Assembly (NCBI GenBank): GCA_951406725.2 | Contig: OX597831.1 | Coordinates: forward strand, 6,076,001-6,140,000 | Length of the DNA stretch: 64,000 nucleotides | Direction: 5' to 3' | Source: Octopus vulgaris | Lineage: Eukaryota | Shown here: positions 12,465 to 27,484 of the stretch, piece after piece | How the letters are laid out: every line of letters starts with the position of its first letter | Position numbering within the stretch: the stretch's first letter is position 1 | The notes under the pieces: generated by a model | What the model was told of the DNA's origin: nothing | What the model saw: the letters and a program-made list of their open reading frames with translations, nothing else | Database searches by the model: none | Program-made: the position numbers and the translations under genes

Positions 12465-13157
12465 ATGAATCATTCCGTCCGTCACATGAGTATCTCCGAA
12501 GAACGGGTGACCCACCAGTCGATCGTGTCCGCCCTAAGCAACTTCGTAACAGCCGTCAACCACATGGACTCGACAGTCATGATCCCGAGCCGGCTCAGAG
12601 ACATGGAGGTTTCGCAGGATTCGGACTCCATCATCAACTCGAACTCTGACCCTTATCATTCTTTCAGCGCCCCGCCGTCTCCTGCAGCTTCAATCTCCAG
12701 CATCCCAGCTCTCAACTCGAACCTGAAATTGAAACCGCACACCACCAACCATCGCCGGTATTCCGCCGAGCAAAGCACCCTGATGGGTACCGGTGCCGAT
12801 GCGAAGAACTTGTACAACTTCTACAGCATGTTGAAGGCCATTAAACAAGAAGTGACATGCGGAAACTTGGAAGATGACTGTCTGGAGTCTCCGACGGAGC
12901 AAGACCGTGACCAAGATCAAGAAGTGGACTCGACATCAACTATGGATATCTCCGACGAAGACGATTGCGCGTCAGTGGGTTCAAATAGCAGTGGCAGCGA
13001 AGAGTTACCAAGAAATGTGGCCAATTCGTTCAAGTTTCACCTCCGTGGATTATTTAACCTGTTGCAGGATTTTACGGAAACGGCGAAATATCTCTCCCAT
13101 AGGTATGAGAACGAAGTCGGTTCCAGTCAGGCTAACAAAATACTATCTCAGTTTTAA
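12465..13157 (+). CDS. MID1IP1: Spot14/MID1-interacting protein 1 (THRSP/MIG12) family protein, single exon, 230 aa
   Basis: Non-repetitive, GC-richer ORF from cacaATG at 12465. It has the three Spot14-family blocks: SIVSALSNFVTAVNHMDSTVMIPSRLRDM, NLYNFYSMLKAIKQEV and FKFHLRGLFNLLQDFTETAKYLSHRYENEVG. Confidence 0.9.
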   Translation: MNHSVRHMSISEERVTHQSIVSALSNFVTAVNHMDSTVMIPSRLRDMEVSQDSDSIINSNSDPYHSFSAPPSPAASISSIPALNSNLKLKPHTTNHRRYSAEQSTLMGTGADAKNLYNFYSMLKAIKQEVTCGNLEDDCLESPTEQDRDQDQEVDSTSTMDISDEDDCASVGSNSSGSEELPRNVANSFKFHLRGLFNLLQDFTETAKYLSHRYENEVGSSQANKILSQF

Positions 13158-13334
13158 TGAGCCTGCATGTTCTTTTGTAAACTGTAACAATTATGGATAA
13201 TGTTTAAAAATAATAATAATAATAGTAATAACAGTAGTGGTGTTGATGGAGATGATGATTCTACGAATGGGTGTTATATTAACTTCATTCTATAATTTAT
13301 TTCAACCCTCCAAAACTATCGGCTTTATATATAT

Positions 13335-13446
13335 GTGTGTGTACACATGAAGTATATATATACACATGAAGTATATATATATATACATGAAGTATATATA
13401 CATGAATATATATGTACACATGATGTATATGTATATATATAATACA

Positions 13447-13487
<41 letters not shown>

Positions 13488-13563
13488 GATGTGTATATAT
13501 ATATGTATATACACATACATACATGGATATATATATATGTACACATGAATTATATATGCATGG

Positions 13564-13595
<32 letters not shown>

Positions 13596-13620
13596 CACAT
13601 GAAGTATGTATATATATATA
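13335..13620. repeat. TACACATGAA-(TA)n minisatellite in the putative 3' UTR
   Basis: Recurring ACATGA(A/T)GTATATATA unit. Confidence 0.8.
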
Positions 13621-14335
13621 CACACATACACAAACCCTACCAAAAATACACAAAAACACTCACTACCACCTCCACACAGGTAGTAACAGCAATCGCGACC
13701 AACTCATACTGAAAAACCTGCACTCACTTTTTTTTCATCACAAGAAAAATTTAACAAAACAACGCAACCAACTTGATGTATTTGACTTTCGAGTTTGTTC
13801 TTTATTACAAACTTGACAGATTTGTTTTCATTAGGGGAAAAAAAAAAATACAACACATTCACAGGTTATGTACGCATATGTATGCTTGCTTCTACGTACA
13901 CCTACCTGATGACAGAGAACATAACCTATAAAACTCACCTAGATACACAGACATTACACACACGCACATCATTTATATATATATATGTATATATAGATGT
14001 GTGTATGTGTGCACATAGATACACAGATGATGACAGTATATAAAAAAGCTAAAGAAAGCCACCCACTCATAAAAGACACACGCATATGATGAAAACATTT
14101 TACAGTTACAAAAACCTAATTAGCTGCAGGTACATAAGACCACCTTAATTACTCACATCTAGATGCTTTCACATAAAAATGTGCATGCAACCCTTTCCCT
14201 TCCCGTACAAGCACCCATTGTTCATTCTCGGGTAATATGTTCTAGTTATTTAAATGACGAAACGATTAATTTGCCTTTTTAATTGTTGCAATATTTCCTT
14301 GCGTTTTGTTCTTTTTTTTTTTTTCAAAATTTTAT

Positions 14336-14369
<34 letters not shown>

Positions 14370-14711
14370 GGATTTTTGTCAAAGATTATCGCATGATAAT
14401 CCTCTCAAAGTTGTTACATTCGATTTTTCAACCCCTGTGTATTGTTGAAAATTTGTTGAATCACTATTAATATTATTTTTATTTTTTTTTTTGGTTGTAC
14501 ATTTGCTTAACTGTAAAATACCCCCTAACATACTCCCATTTAAGAAAAACCAACACCACCCCTTTCTTCCCTTTTAAATCAAGACATTTCTTGGGTAAAT
14601 GTGTCCTAAGTGGTCGTTATTAAAAAAAGTTTATGGGGAGCCGCCGAGTTCACGACTTTCTAATCTCTGTTGAGGCCACTTCACGGACGATCACAACCAT
14701 GTAACCACAAA

Positions 14712-14760
<49 letters not shown>

Positions 14761-15194
14761 CATTCACCCATAACTGTCTGGCCTTGAGCGTAGCCTAATA
14801 ATAATTAAATGGATTTCATGGGTAGTAGAGGTTGTCTCGTTAGCAACAAATTCTCGGTGAATCGCATATCGGCGACCCAGTTTCTATTGCCAGTTTGAAA
14901 CTCTTAATATGTACCCCACTCGTCCTTGAGAAAGCAATAAACTTCATGCTCCCCCACCAAAGTATGTCCCCCAACCCCCTTAAAATGAATTTACAGAAAT
15001 TAATAAAAACAATTCCATGTCTTTCATCCTCCTATCGATAATAATTTATTCTAATCCAGGGTGTGGCTTTTTGTCCTACGCGGGAGTTATCGGACTTTCA
15101 GAAATTTCCTTTACCTTTCTTCCCTTGTATGTATGTATATATGTGTGTGTGTGTGTGTGGAATATACGTGTTATATGTAATAGTTGTGTGTGTA

Positions 15195-15269
15195 TATATA
15201 CACTCTATACATGTAAAATATCCATGTGCATATAATATATATACATGTATGTGTATAATATACACACTC

Positions 15270-15300
<31 letters not shown>

Positions 15301-15322
15301 ATCTATACATGTAAAATATCCA

Positions 15323-15354
<32 letters not shown>

Positions 15355-15493
15355 CGCGTGTGTGTATAATATATATACACAATCTATACTTGTAAAATAT
15401 CCATGTGCATATAGTATGTGTGTATATATATATACGCGTGCGTGTATAATATATATACACAATCTATACATGTAAAATATCCATGTGCATATA

Positions 15494-15535
<42 letters not shown>

Positions 15536-15665
15536 GCGTGTGTGTATAATATATATATACACAATCTATACATGTAAAATATCCATGTGCATATAGTATG
15601 TATATGTGTGTGTATGTATATATATAATATACACACATTTTTATACACTCTATATATGTAGAATA
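15195..15665. repeat. ~60-80 bp minisatellite
   Basis: Five to six copies of ACACAATCTATACATGTAAAATATCCATGTGCATATA with variable TA/TG spacers. Confidence 0.85.
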
Positions 15666-18600
15666 TACATGTGTGTTTGTCCTCCAAGACTACCAGTGTT
15701 TGATGTATTTTGTGGGTCCTGTGCACTAAGTCCCTCATCTTTGTCCTTACCATTCCGGAATATATTCTATACGAAATGGCATTAGATTTCCTCTTAGCTG
15801 TGTTGTAATTATGTTAAAAGAGCAGTGCCAGCCATCTGTCTCGAAGCGATGGATTTAATTATTCATCACTTACACTGGAAACCCAGTGGAAGGTCGATAA
15901 ATTTAGTATTAGTCAAATACCGGGTTCTACTTGATATCGATTAAACAAACTTTTCCTTCGTCGACAAAGTTAGGAATTACTGTTTGGTAATGTTCTGTTT
16001 GGATGTGTAATAATGCTGACCCAAATCTTTTGCCGTATAAATAATGTATAAACTCGGCAACGATGCACTTTCTTGTGACTTCTCGTTTATGTGATGTAAT
16101 GCTCTCACCTACATCGGCGCTACATAGCAACCATCACTGGTTCTTCTCTGGTGTTACCCTTCAATATTAAGACAAAATAGTTTTATTATTGTTGAGGCTT
16201 ATTACTCAGCACTAATCACCACACAGTATGAAAACTAAGGTGTGTGTTTGTGTTTGTGTGTTTTTTTTTTTCCTATTGAAGGACGATGTTCAAGAGCTGT
16301 CAGTAAAGTCTAGTAATAGATACTTAACAAGGAATTGCGGGAGTGTCGAAGCTCCTAGAGGCTATAGGATTATTGTAGGTTGGTGTTAAGAGAAAGATGT
16401 TAGAATGTTATAAAAAGAAAAAAAAATTATTAGGTGTCAAATTAATTATTATGAGTGAGTATCTTTACTAACTCCACTCCTTGCCTATTTTGTGTCCCTC
16501 GGCGTGTTCTTGATGGATTACAAAAACACAATTTTAAACGCGGGGTGATATAAAGAGAGAAAAATACCCCGAGGTTAGGGTAGTTTTGTCTTTTTGAAAG
16601 TATTTCATTAGTTTGTTAATTAAAATAGGAAGCTAAATTTAAAACGAAGCTGGCATGCCAAATATTTATTACTCAATGTCTGTTCGTTGGAAATAGATAT
16701 TTCTGCACTATACACTGTCCTTGTTACGTCTGGTAACTATAGTTCTGGGTCAATCACTCGAAGCTCTCAGCATGTCCAGCCTACCATCAAGCAACCAAAT
16801 TTTAGGTTCTTAGTTTAAAGCTATCGTCGTTAATACCACTCAGACAGACATAATGTCACTCATAGCTTCTAATAAATCTTTAATCTCGTTACTAAGGAAG
16901 GAATAAATAAATAAATAGTATTCCTGCTTGCGTTCTTTTCCCTTTCTGCTCTTCTCCTCCCTATTGCTTGATAAAGACACTTTGTATTACAGATGTTAGG
17001 GAATGCCCAATTCTACCAAGAACCAACAAAGCCTTTTTTAATTTCCTCTATTTTTATTAAGAAGTCTACGAATCCAGATATAACTTCGTCGTTAATTGGG
17101 TTACTGTTTTAAACGGATTCCTAAAATGTTTTGGATCTCGTTTCATTGGAATCTCTTCCTAGCCAAACAGCAACATGTTTGTATCTATGATCTGACTACA
17201 AGCAAATATAAAATAAATGTAACTATGGTAGTCTGTATTTAACGGACGTATTTATTAGAAAAAATAAGCCAACCCTTTCTGGGTATAGAAAATATATTGT
17301 ACCATTGAAGTATTTAAGACAATTTTTATCTCACCCCTCAAATGTGAGGCCGTATGCTTGTGTTTAGAAACCAATATTTCAGGTTGAGCCAGTAGCAGAG
17401 GTTTCTGCTTGAAAAAGGCAGTTCCTCAATTTAATATGTAATAGATTCTGCATATTTTTGTTTTGTTTTGATGTTCCAATGAAGTCCAGCTCGTGTTAAC
17501 ATTAAGGGTCTAGAATAAATATTAATCGTCACTAGAATAAAAGAAAGCAGAACTGAAGGAATTTAATCATACACAGCTCAAACAATTGTTCATGTGGTAT
17601 GGCGCTTGATCTCTGCATGGTTTAATGCTATGAATGTCATGCAAACCCATCAAATCTTTGAGACCTCACTGAAGACATATGCAGAGCCTTGTCTTCTAAC
17701 TCTGCACCGTTACAAGGTACACTAACGAACAGGTGAACTGCACTGTAAATATTTGTTTGAGAGGCTCACCGATTTGAGTGAGTCATTGTAAGACAAACGT
17801 TTTTTTTTTCTTCTAAAGACATGATGCAACCCCACTCTCCCATCAACACTTCGTAATAGAAACCCTGTTTATTATTCTCCTGTCTTTGACTGTGATATTT
17901 TCACTACAGGGAACCCCTCTCCCCAAAAATCCAAATTCTTTGTAATCTAAATACTTGCTCAGTGGAACCGGTGTCCTTTTTAAAGTTTTCAAGTTTAGTT
18001 TTATATTTTTCACCGTCATTATAGGCGGTGGATGTTTAGCTCACCCTCCTCCTCAATCTGCCCTGGTTTAAATAGACTTGGGCCCTTTTTTTTTTTTTAG
18101 GGAGTTTACCATGTATTTGCCGCATTCCCTTGTTGGCTCTTTATATAGAAAACTTGGTGAAGATGGATCATGTCTTACTAAACCCCGTCTCTTACGAAAG
18201 TCAACCAGTTTACTACAAACATAGCCGATAAATTGGCTATCTTGATAGTTTATCCACTTCTTTGTTGTTATTTCTCAAATTAGATGCTGCTAATTAAAAC
18301 AACTATTTAGTAATTAAAACACGACCCTCTATATTTAGCTGTCCTATCAAAATATAAATGACCCTGTACTTGATTAATTCATGTCATGTGTAATAACATG
18401 CTGCAAACCTGTCGATTGAATTATTGCACTTAAGTTACTAAATGTCTATTTATAAAGCAGGTGGGAAAGAAAATATAAATTAGCCGACTTAACCACAGTG
18501 TATTACTGGTATCTATTTAAATACGTTCGTTTGCAAGAATGAGCTATGTGAAATATGAGGAGGAACCTGATTGAAAAGCTTACGATTTACGTTGCTTTTT

Positions 18601-18946
18601 CCCCCCTCGTACTTTGTACTCTTTTGCTAACCACGAATTTATTTAAGGGCTAAGTTGTCATGACTTTATTATCTGCTGTTGCAAACTAGGTGTTGTAGGA
18701 TCAATTTCAACTGATTGCTTTCACATTAAACTTTCATTTTATCTCTCAGTAAATTGAGTAAAATAATTTTTAAAACCTTCATATTTGAGACCTAAAAAAA
18801 TTCCTCTCCCCCACACTTTTTTTTTTTCTTCTCTATCACATTGTTCATGTTTAATATTCTTTTATAGTGGATTCTGTTTAACACCACCACCCCCCTCTTT
18901 TCCCAGCTATTGAACCATAATATACACATGACAGCTAAATTTTATG

Positions 18947-18983
<37 letters not shown>

Positions 18984-21900
18984 CCAAAACAAAAGAAAAA
19001 TAAGCAAGTTGAATAAAAAAAGCAAATGTATTGTTTCTGAAGGATGCTAGTACATATATCTATATACCACCTCCTCTCTTTCTTTCCCTTTATATCTGTA
19101 TGTATGTATATATACATATAGCATGTAGAATATAATACATTTATATCTTGAAAGAAAACAAAATATATATCTATATATATATTCGTTGCAGTTTTTTTCT
19201 GGTTACCTTCGTTTAATCCGAAAGACTGCAATGTTCATTCATTGCTCAATCTCTTCCTTCCTGTTTTTTTTTTTTGTCATCCATCCATCCATCCATTCAT
19301 TTATATAACAAAGCTTACAAAAAGTTTTAGAACTGAAAACCTGCTGGTAATTTATAAATTTCCCCCGCCCCCCCAATAAAAATATTTCTCAAACGAGAAA
19401 ATATTTATTGCTTTTACTCTAATGCTGAATCTCAGAGTTTTGCTATCTTCTTTTCATGTTTTCTGTTTTTTTTTTTTTTGTTTTTTTTTTTAAGAATAAA
19501 TATTCTTTCACTAAAATTGGAGAAAAAAAATTTTTGTTGTTGATTTTTTTTTTTTTTTTTTTTTTTTACTTAAAACCTTCCTCTTTCAGATGTATTTTTT
19601 TTAAATCCTTGAGAGTAGTTTTGTTACTGTTGACTCATTTTTTTTTCAGTTTTATTTCTGGTCCTTTTTTTCATTTACCCTGAGTCTATACACACACACA
19701 CCCACACACTTGTTGACATATTTCCCTAGGCAGAGTTTGAACTTTGAAACTTTAATAACTAATTCATGGTTAAAACTCAATAAAAAGTTCTGCAGATTTA
19801 CTTCTGCACGTCCATGCTAGCTTGGGTTGGATAGATTTTGTGTTTTGAGGCACTATTTTACAGCCAAATGCCTTTCCTATTTTATTGCCTTTTATGACAT
19901 GCAGAGATGTGGTATATCCATTCTAAAACTAGTATTAAAATCTGTGTGCATGTGTAATATGTAGCTTCCATCCATGTATATCCTCTACACTGTAGAGTCT
20001 ACAGCAAGACACCTGTTCTCTCACGTGTTCACTTCTCAACACTTGGTGTAAAAAAACCACTACTTTCTCTGCTACTCTTACTGATAATAGGGCTTTTTAA
20101 AAGTTTTTTTGCCTTGCAAGTTACATAATATTTTCATAAATGCTAGTGCCACACACACAAAGGTACCCAGTACACTTGTATAGAGTGAATGGTGTTGGGG
20201 TATCTAAGCAGACATTGAAGCTTGATGCAGTCCTTTGGCTGATCAGATGCTGTTGAGCCATCTAACTTATGCTAGCATGGAAGACGATGTTAAATAATGA
20301 TGGTAATAAATGTTTGTGTGTGTGTTTTATTTAGGAACAACAGGAAGTCCTAAATACATGGAGTTCATTCTGTCAAAGCTACTCCAAGTTTTGTTTCCAT
20401 AGAAACAGAAAACTGAAAGTAACAACAGAAAGCCGTCTCTGCTTTGAATATGTGTGTTTGGAAATAGGGGGTCATGGTTGGAAGGTAGGACTGGTTAAAA
20501 CCTGATGTGGTACTACAGTCTGGTGAATAATATTTAGCATTGTGTATTTGGTAGTTTAGTCTCCTAACACCATTGGGTGATTGAAACCTCCTTCATAATC
20601 CATATTCATGTTGTTTAGCCCCAGGTCAACTGTGATCAAGCAGAGATGATCATAAGCATTCAAGCCATGATCATACCATCTATTTTAAAGTTATCCAAGA
20701 CCACATCCATTCTGTTTTTTAAAATGTAGAGAGATTTGACTGCTGTTTCTAGCGGATGGGTTCCTTTGGGTAATTTTTATGCATATTCTTTACCGATAGT
20801 AGGATACAGAGGGAATCGTGCCCCTTTCTCTTTGCCAGCTATAGACAGGGAGTGAATTTGAGCTCTACATTGGCAAACAGATCATTTAGGAATTATTGAC
20901 TATATCAGTGATAAACACTGTTGCCATACGGGGTATATATATATATGTTATGTGTATACTAGTGAGCAAACAAATGAAAGTAGCTCTCAATACTTTTGGT
21001 CGGAGCTCCTAGTCTATGATGAGATTGACGTATCCAATGCTCCCATGAAACTAAGTCATGTGGAGTTGTGAAATGGTTATTAAAATAGATATGTAGGCTA
21101 AGCTAGTGAGAACTTCAGTCTTTTAGCATCAAAACTAGCCAAATCCGGCCCAGATATTCCACCTGTTTTATGTGCAAACTGGTCAGATCTGGTCTCTTAG
21201 ACTTGTCCTAAAATGTTATTCTAAAAAGAAACAATCACATCATAGAAATTTTGAAGCTTCAGGATAATGTGTGATTAATACAAAATGATGTGATTAAATA
21301 AGCATGAATAATCTGAATGATGAAGGGTTAAAAAATTTTTTCATTCTTATTAATCAACCCAGAGGAATTACAGCAGTGTCCATGACTATTTTCCAAACCT
21401 GTATGATAGGAGGAAGGAAGTTCTCCTCTAACCAAAGGCCTGGTCTAAATGCTTACAACAGAGTAGTCTCTGCTAAAGGTACCCAAGGTCCAGGTGGTGC
21501 TTTTAAACTGGGGCCAGGCCAGGTTATGTCTACCATCTAAGAACAGAAATTGACTTTCTGGTGGGCTTCTGTACACTCTCAACTAAATTTCACTCACAAG
21601 GCTTTGGTCAGCCCAAAACTATGTTAGATGTTTGTCCAAGGTACTGTGTGATGGTATCGAACCTGAGACCATGTAGTTGCAATACCAGCCTCTTAATCAC
21701 ATGACCATGCCTGTGCCACTTTTACATTTAAATAAAGGATTTCAAGTTACACTTGTGGTCATGTTAGATGGTTTCTTTTTATTTTAAGGGAGTCCCAATA
21801 TCTCTCTCTCTCTCTCTTTTCTATTTATTATTTAAGATTGAAAAAGAGAATTTATTAAAATCTCTTAACATTTAATACTTCAGATTCAACCTGCTGAAAC

Positions 21901-22459
21901 CAATTATTTTCCTTCTACATGGCAAAACTCTTAATTTTGAAGTGTTCATAATGAATGAAGGCAGCGCTCGGTTCCTTCTCTAGAAGCATTTTGGTAATAA
22001 TAGACTAAAACAAAAACCCATTGGAATTAAAAGCCTTCCACCACAATTATATGTAAGAACTAGGTTAAGGCTATACACACACCATTTTTTTAATATATAT
22101 ATATATATGTATTGTCGTCATGGCACTCCATTGGTTATGACAATGAGGGTTCCAGCTGATCCGATCAACGGAACAGTCTGCTTGTGAAATTAACATGTAA
22201 ATGGCTGAGCACTCCACAGCCACGTGTACCCTAAACGTAGTTCCCGGGGAGAATCAGTGTGACAAGGTTGGCCCTTTTTGAAATACAGGTACAACAGAAA
22301 CAGGAAGAGTGAGAGAAGGTTGTGGTGAAAGAGTACAGCAGGGTTCGCCACCACCACCCTGCTGCTGGAGCCTCGTGGAGCTTTAGCTCAAAGACTCAAG
22401 ACGCCCAGTCTGGGAATCAAAACCACGAGTCCACTGCCCTAACTACTGGGCCATTGCAC

Positions 22460-22490
<31 letters not shown>

Positions 22491-22593
22491 GTAAAATTTT
22501 ATAGGGTGGTGTGAAATTTTTTATAGAAATCTCACAACATGTGGCCTAGCATGTATAAAAAGTCAATAGACAACATATTCTCATTATAAAATA

Positions 22594-22695
22594 GTGTACA
22601 TTTAAACACAAGAGAAAACTACCTTCAATAGGTAATTTTTACACGTGTAAAAATTACCTATTGAAGGTAGTTTTCTCTTGTGTTTAAATGTACAC
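22594..22695. repeat. Perfect 102-bp spacerless palindrome
   Basis: GTGTACATTT...TTACAC|GTGTAA...AAATGTACAC, centre 22644/22645, at the end of a unique segment flanked by TA runs. Confidence 0.95.
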
Positions 22696-25024
22696 AAATA
22701 TATATAATCAACAAAATGCAGATTATGAAGAAAGTTATTAATCCCTCCAAATTATTTCCAGGTTAATTGAAGTAGTGTATTTCATCTGACACGTGGTCAT
22801 AAAAGATTTTTTTTTTTTTGAAATTAGGAATAAATTATGACTTATTCAGTGCAGCACCTTGTGTTAGACTGTCGTGTGTTCAGAGGGGGTTATTAATGGC
22901 TTTTATCAAGCTGGCAGAATCGTTAGCATGCCAGGCAAAATGCTTAGCAGTATTTCACCTGTTGCTACATTCTGAGTTCAAATTCCATCGAGATCGACTT
23001 TGCCTTTCATCCTTTCGGGATTGATAAAAGATAAAATTAGTACCTGTTGAGCATTGGGGTAGATGCAATTTACTATCCCCCGCACCCAAATTTCAGGCCT
23101 TGTGCCTATAATAGAAAGGATTATTATTATTAGCTGTGGGCTAAAAACATAAACCTTTGGACTATGACAAATCCAGTGTTTATATCTATAAATCTATCCT
23201 GGCACCTGTTGACACTTAATCTATTCTACACATAACATATATATAAAGCTAATTTTATACATGCATATATAATACTTGAGAGTTAATTTTCTATTTATTT
23301 TGAATACATGAAAGTTAAATTTATATATATAAAGCTAATTTTATTCACATACATACATATATATATGTGTGTGTCTGTGTGTGATACTTGAAAGTTAATT
23401 TTATCTATATTATATTTATACTGAATACTTGAAGATTAAATTTATATATATAGTGCAGATATGGAATATTTGAGAGCTAATTTTATCCATGCATACATGC
23501 ATTTATAAATGTATTTCTGCAAGTGATGGCGATAGTGATGTCCTACTCATGCCAGCATGGAAAGTCAATGTAAAATTATATATATTCTACACTTGAAAGC
23601 CAATTTTAACAGACAGACAGGTAATCTTGAAATGCTGTGTCCTCAAAAAAAAAAAAACCATGTTCGTACTGTATACATTTATAACAAAGTGTTCTGTGTA
23701 CACTCAGCAGTCTCATGTCTTTGCATGGTATTTAAAATATGCTTTATAGTATTGTGTACAAATATACTATATAGTACTTTTATATATACAATGTATTTTT
23801 TAAAATGTATGTGTGTATGTGCATTTACATACACACACAGGCAAACAACCAGCTGTTGGCAACCACTTGAGGTTTTCATTTTTTTTTTTTTTTTAATGAG
23901 GTTTATTTGTCTTGCTGATGTCTTTCATAAATGTATGAATGTCACTGAATCCTCCTTCTCTCCCTGCTCATGAAACTACTCTCTTACCATCAGGTTTTCA
24001 AAAATGTTATTGGATATTTTTTTTGTTTTATTTTGTATGCTTTAGAAAGAATAAAACTATTTTATTTTACCATTATATATTTGTGTGTTTGTCGTATATG
24101 AATTATTGTTTTAACCTATTTCATTTCATTATTCTTACACCCATTTCCTTTCTCTCTCTCTCTTACTCTCCTCCTCACCCTCTCTCTTTCATCCTCTCTC
24201 ATTCTCCCTCTCTCTCTCATGACTGTGTGGTTAAAAAGATCATTCCACAACCTTGTGATTTTAAGTCCAGCCCTAGTGTATCACCGAGGGCAAGTCTCTT
24301 CCACTGCAGCCCTTGTCTGGACAATGCTTTGTCACTGAATTTGGCAGACAAAAACTGTGGTAAGCCTGCTATGCATTCTGATCCTGCAGTCATCTTTACT
24401 TGCAAAGTCTTCAGTGTAAGTATGTGGTTTGTGGGGGTCGACCGCGTCCTCCGCTTCATTCTTTGTCAATCACTCATTCTCATTTAATTGTATATATTTT
24501 AATTGTTTGTTTCTTCATACATTACGTCTCATTCGATACCCTGACCCCAATGTTTGTTTTGTCTGTCCTCGTATCGTCCCCTCTTTTTCTCAACCTTATG
24601 GTGAATAAAGAAATTCTCTCTCTCTACTCCCTCTCTCTTTCTCTCTGTCCTATTCCCCTATTACCCTTCTTAGTCATCTGAGCAAATGTACACACCCTAG
24701 GCTATTGACCACTCTCACTTTCATGTCCTTCCTCCTCAGCTACCCATTCTGGCCCTTCTACTGCCATTGCTCTGTCACCTGTTCCCTTCCTCAGTCTACA
24801 AGGTGCATTCCAGAAGTTGTGATACTTCTGTAATTGTAATTTTAGTCTATCATTAGTATACATCCAATAAGCTGACCTGCCAACTTTTGTTATTCCAGAT
24901 TGGAGCAGATAGCTGTAACACCGCTTTGAGCACAACCGACTAAACACTGCTGGTTAGAGTTGACCAGTTTGCAGAATCACAGTTTGAAAATAGTTTGGAA
25001 GCTCACTTGTAATAAATATTTGTG

Positions 25025-25491
25025 TTGACCCTTTCATTACCAAACCGGCTGAAACCAGCTCTGGCTCTGAGTACAAATCTCTTCTTTTCATAAGTTTTGA
25101 ATTAAAATCTTCCACCAAACCTTAGTCACAATTGATGTTTCTAACAGTAGCTGAATGATAACTAAGTTATTTTACTAAATTCTTTGTTATATTTAAAATT
25201 AATTGAAAGAAACACAACATCTCAACTGAAATATAGTAAAATATATAACAGAGAGACAATTCTTAATCCTTTAGATAACAATCTGGCTGAAACCGCCTCA
25301 GGCTCTGAGTACAAATGTCTTATTTTCATAAGTTTTTAATTAAAATCTTCCACCAAACCTTAGTCACTGTTTGTGTTCCTAACACTAGCTGAATAATAAC
25401 CAAGTTATTTTACTAAATTCTTTGTTATATTTAAAGTAACTGAAAGAAACACAGAACATCTGAAAATAAATACAGTCAACGGAAGGGTTAA
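25025..25491. mobile_element. Two tandem piggyBac-type MITE copies
   Basis: TT(A/G)A-CCCTTT...AAGGG-TTAA termini; ~235-bp unit repeated, with a third copy at 27485-27691. Confidence 0.65.
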
Positions 25492-25601
25492 ACTAGGCAA
25501 AAAACGCTACAGAAACGTTTGCTAACATCTATTTTCCGATGGTACAAGAGGCTAGGCAAAGCTCATATATATACACACACACATATGCTCATACATAAAT
25601 A

Positions 25602-25667
<66 letters not shown>

Positions 25668-26538
25668 AGATAAGAAAATGGAGAAATACATCTAAATCAA
25701 ATATCAATTACCAGATAATACTCAATCACATACTTTATTAAACCACCACATAAGAGACTGTAGGGTTAAACATAAAAAAGCAGAACAAATCAGTGTACAT
25801 AAAGGAATGTACATAAAAAAGTGTACATAAAAGAGTAATGTTGTATAATAAGTAGAATATATATAAAAAAGAGAATATACATATAAGTAAATATAAATAT
25901 AAGTATAGATTACATATATATATATGTACATGTATAAGTAAATACATATATATAAGTATACTCATATAAATATATGATACGTATGCACGTATATATATAG
26001 GTTGCATGTGTATTTATACATGTCAGAATGCTTACATATACACATACACACACACATACCTCTGTACTTGGGAATGTCCAAGACAAAGAACCAGTGAATG
26101 AATGTTCTAGTGAATGAATGTCTACTCACATTAGATCAAAGCTTCTTTATAAAACAATGTTCTCTGTGTACCTTTGTGGAGTTCACACAAACAGGCGTCT
26201 CTTTATGTTCTGAATCACATACCCGACAACTTGCTAATAACCAAGAGAAAAGTAGGGACCATCCAGTTGGCATCATCAATTAAACCATCTTCAGTATTTG
26301 GCCCCTAGTGGGTGTTTTTTGATGGACACAGCAAAACAAATACTGACTGTGGACAACTGCTCTTTAAACTGAAACGGGGTCACTGCTTTAGCAATTATTA
26401 AAATTCATGGATTAAACACATCTTTACCAATAACGTAGCCTGTCAATAGTTTAACTAAGTGAGACGTTAATTGTTTGGCTCTCAACTTTGTGCTATTTTG
26501 CATTTAATTCGAAGGACCCATATTGCTAAGAAAATATT

Positions 26539-27086
26539 AGGCGTAGGAGTGGTTGTGTGGTAAGTAGCTTGCTTACCAGCCTCATGGTTCTGGGTTCAGT
26601 CCCACTGCGTGGCATCTTGGGCAAGTGTCTTCTACTATAGCCTTGGGCCGACCAAAGCCTTGTGAGTGGATTTGGTGGATGGAAACTGAAAGAAGCCCGT
26701 CGTATATCATCATCGTTTAACATCCATTGTCCATGCTAGCATGGGTTGGATGGTTCAACTAGGGTCTGGGAAGCCCGAAGGCTGCACCAGGCCCAGTCAG
26801 ATCAGGCAGTGTTTCTACAGCTGAATGCCCTTCCTAATGCCAACCACTCCGTGAGTGTAGAAACATATATATATATATATGTGTGTGTATTTGTCCCCCC
26901 AACATCACTTGACAACCGATGGTGGTGTGTTTACATCCCCGTAACTTAGTGGTTTGGCGAAAGAGACTGGTAGGATAAGTACTAGGCTTACAAAGAATAA
27001 GTCCTGGGGTCGATTTGCTCGATTAAAGGCGGTGCTCCAGCATGGCCACAGTCAAATTACTGAAACAAGTAAAAAAGAGTAAAGAG

Positions 27087-27121
<35 letters not shown>

Positions 27122-27350
27122 ATGTTTGTGTGTCTGTGTTTGTCCCCCCCACACACACACACACACATCGCTTGACAACCAATGCTGGCATGTTTATGTC
27201 CCCGTAACTTAGCGGTTCAGCAAAAGAGACTGATAGAATAAGTACTAGGCTTACAGAAAATAAGTCCTGGGCTCGATTTGCTCGACTAAAGGCAGTGCTC
27301 CAGCATGGCCACAGTCAAATGACTGAAACAAGTAAAAAAATTGTAAGAGT
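26539..27350 (+). mobile_element. SINE family A interrupted by family C, with a duplicated 3' half
   Basis: Head 26539-26705, inverted family C piece 26707-26860, then two 3' halves. Confidence 0.75.
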
Positions 27351-27484
27351 AATCCTTTCTTCTGTGAGTCTGTAAATGCGCAACAGCAGACAGTTTCAAG
27401 GAACTCAGTGATGCTGTTCACATTTTGTTTGAGATCTAAAATAAAGTCTGCAAATTTGTTGACAATTCCATGCCATGCAACTGT

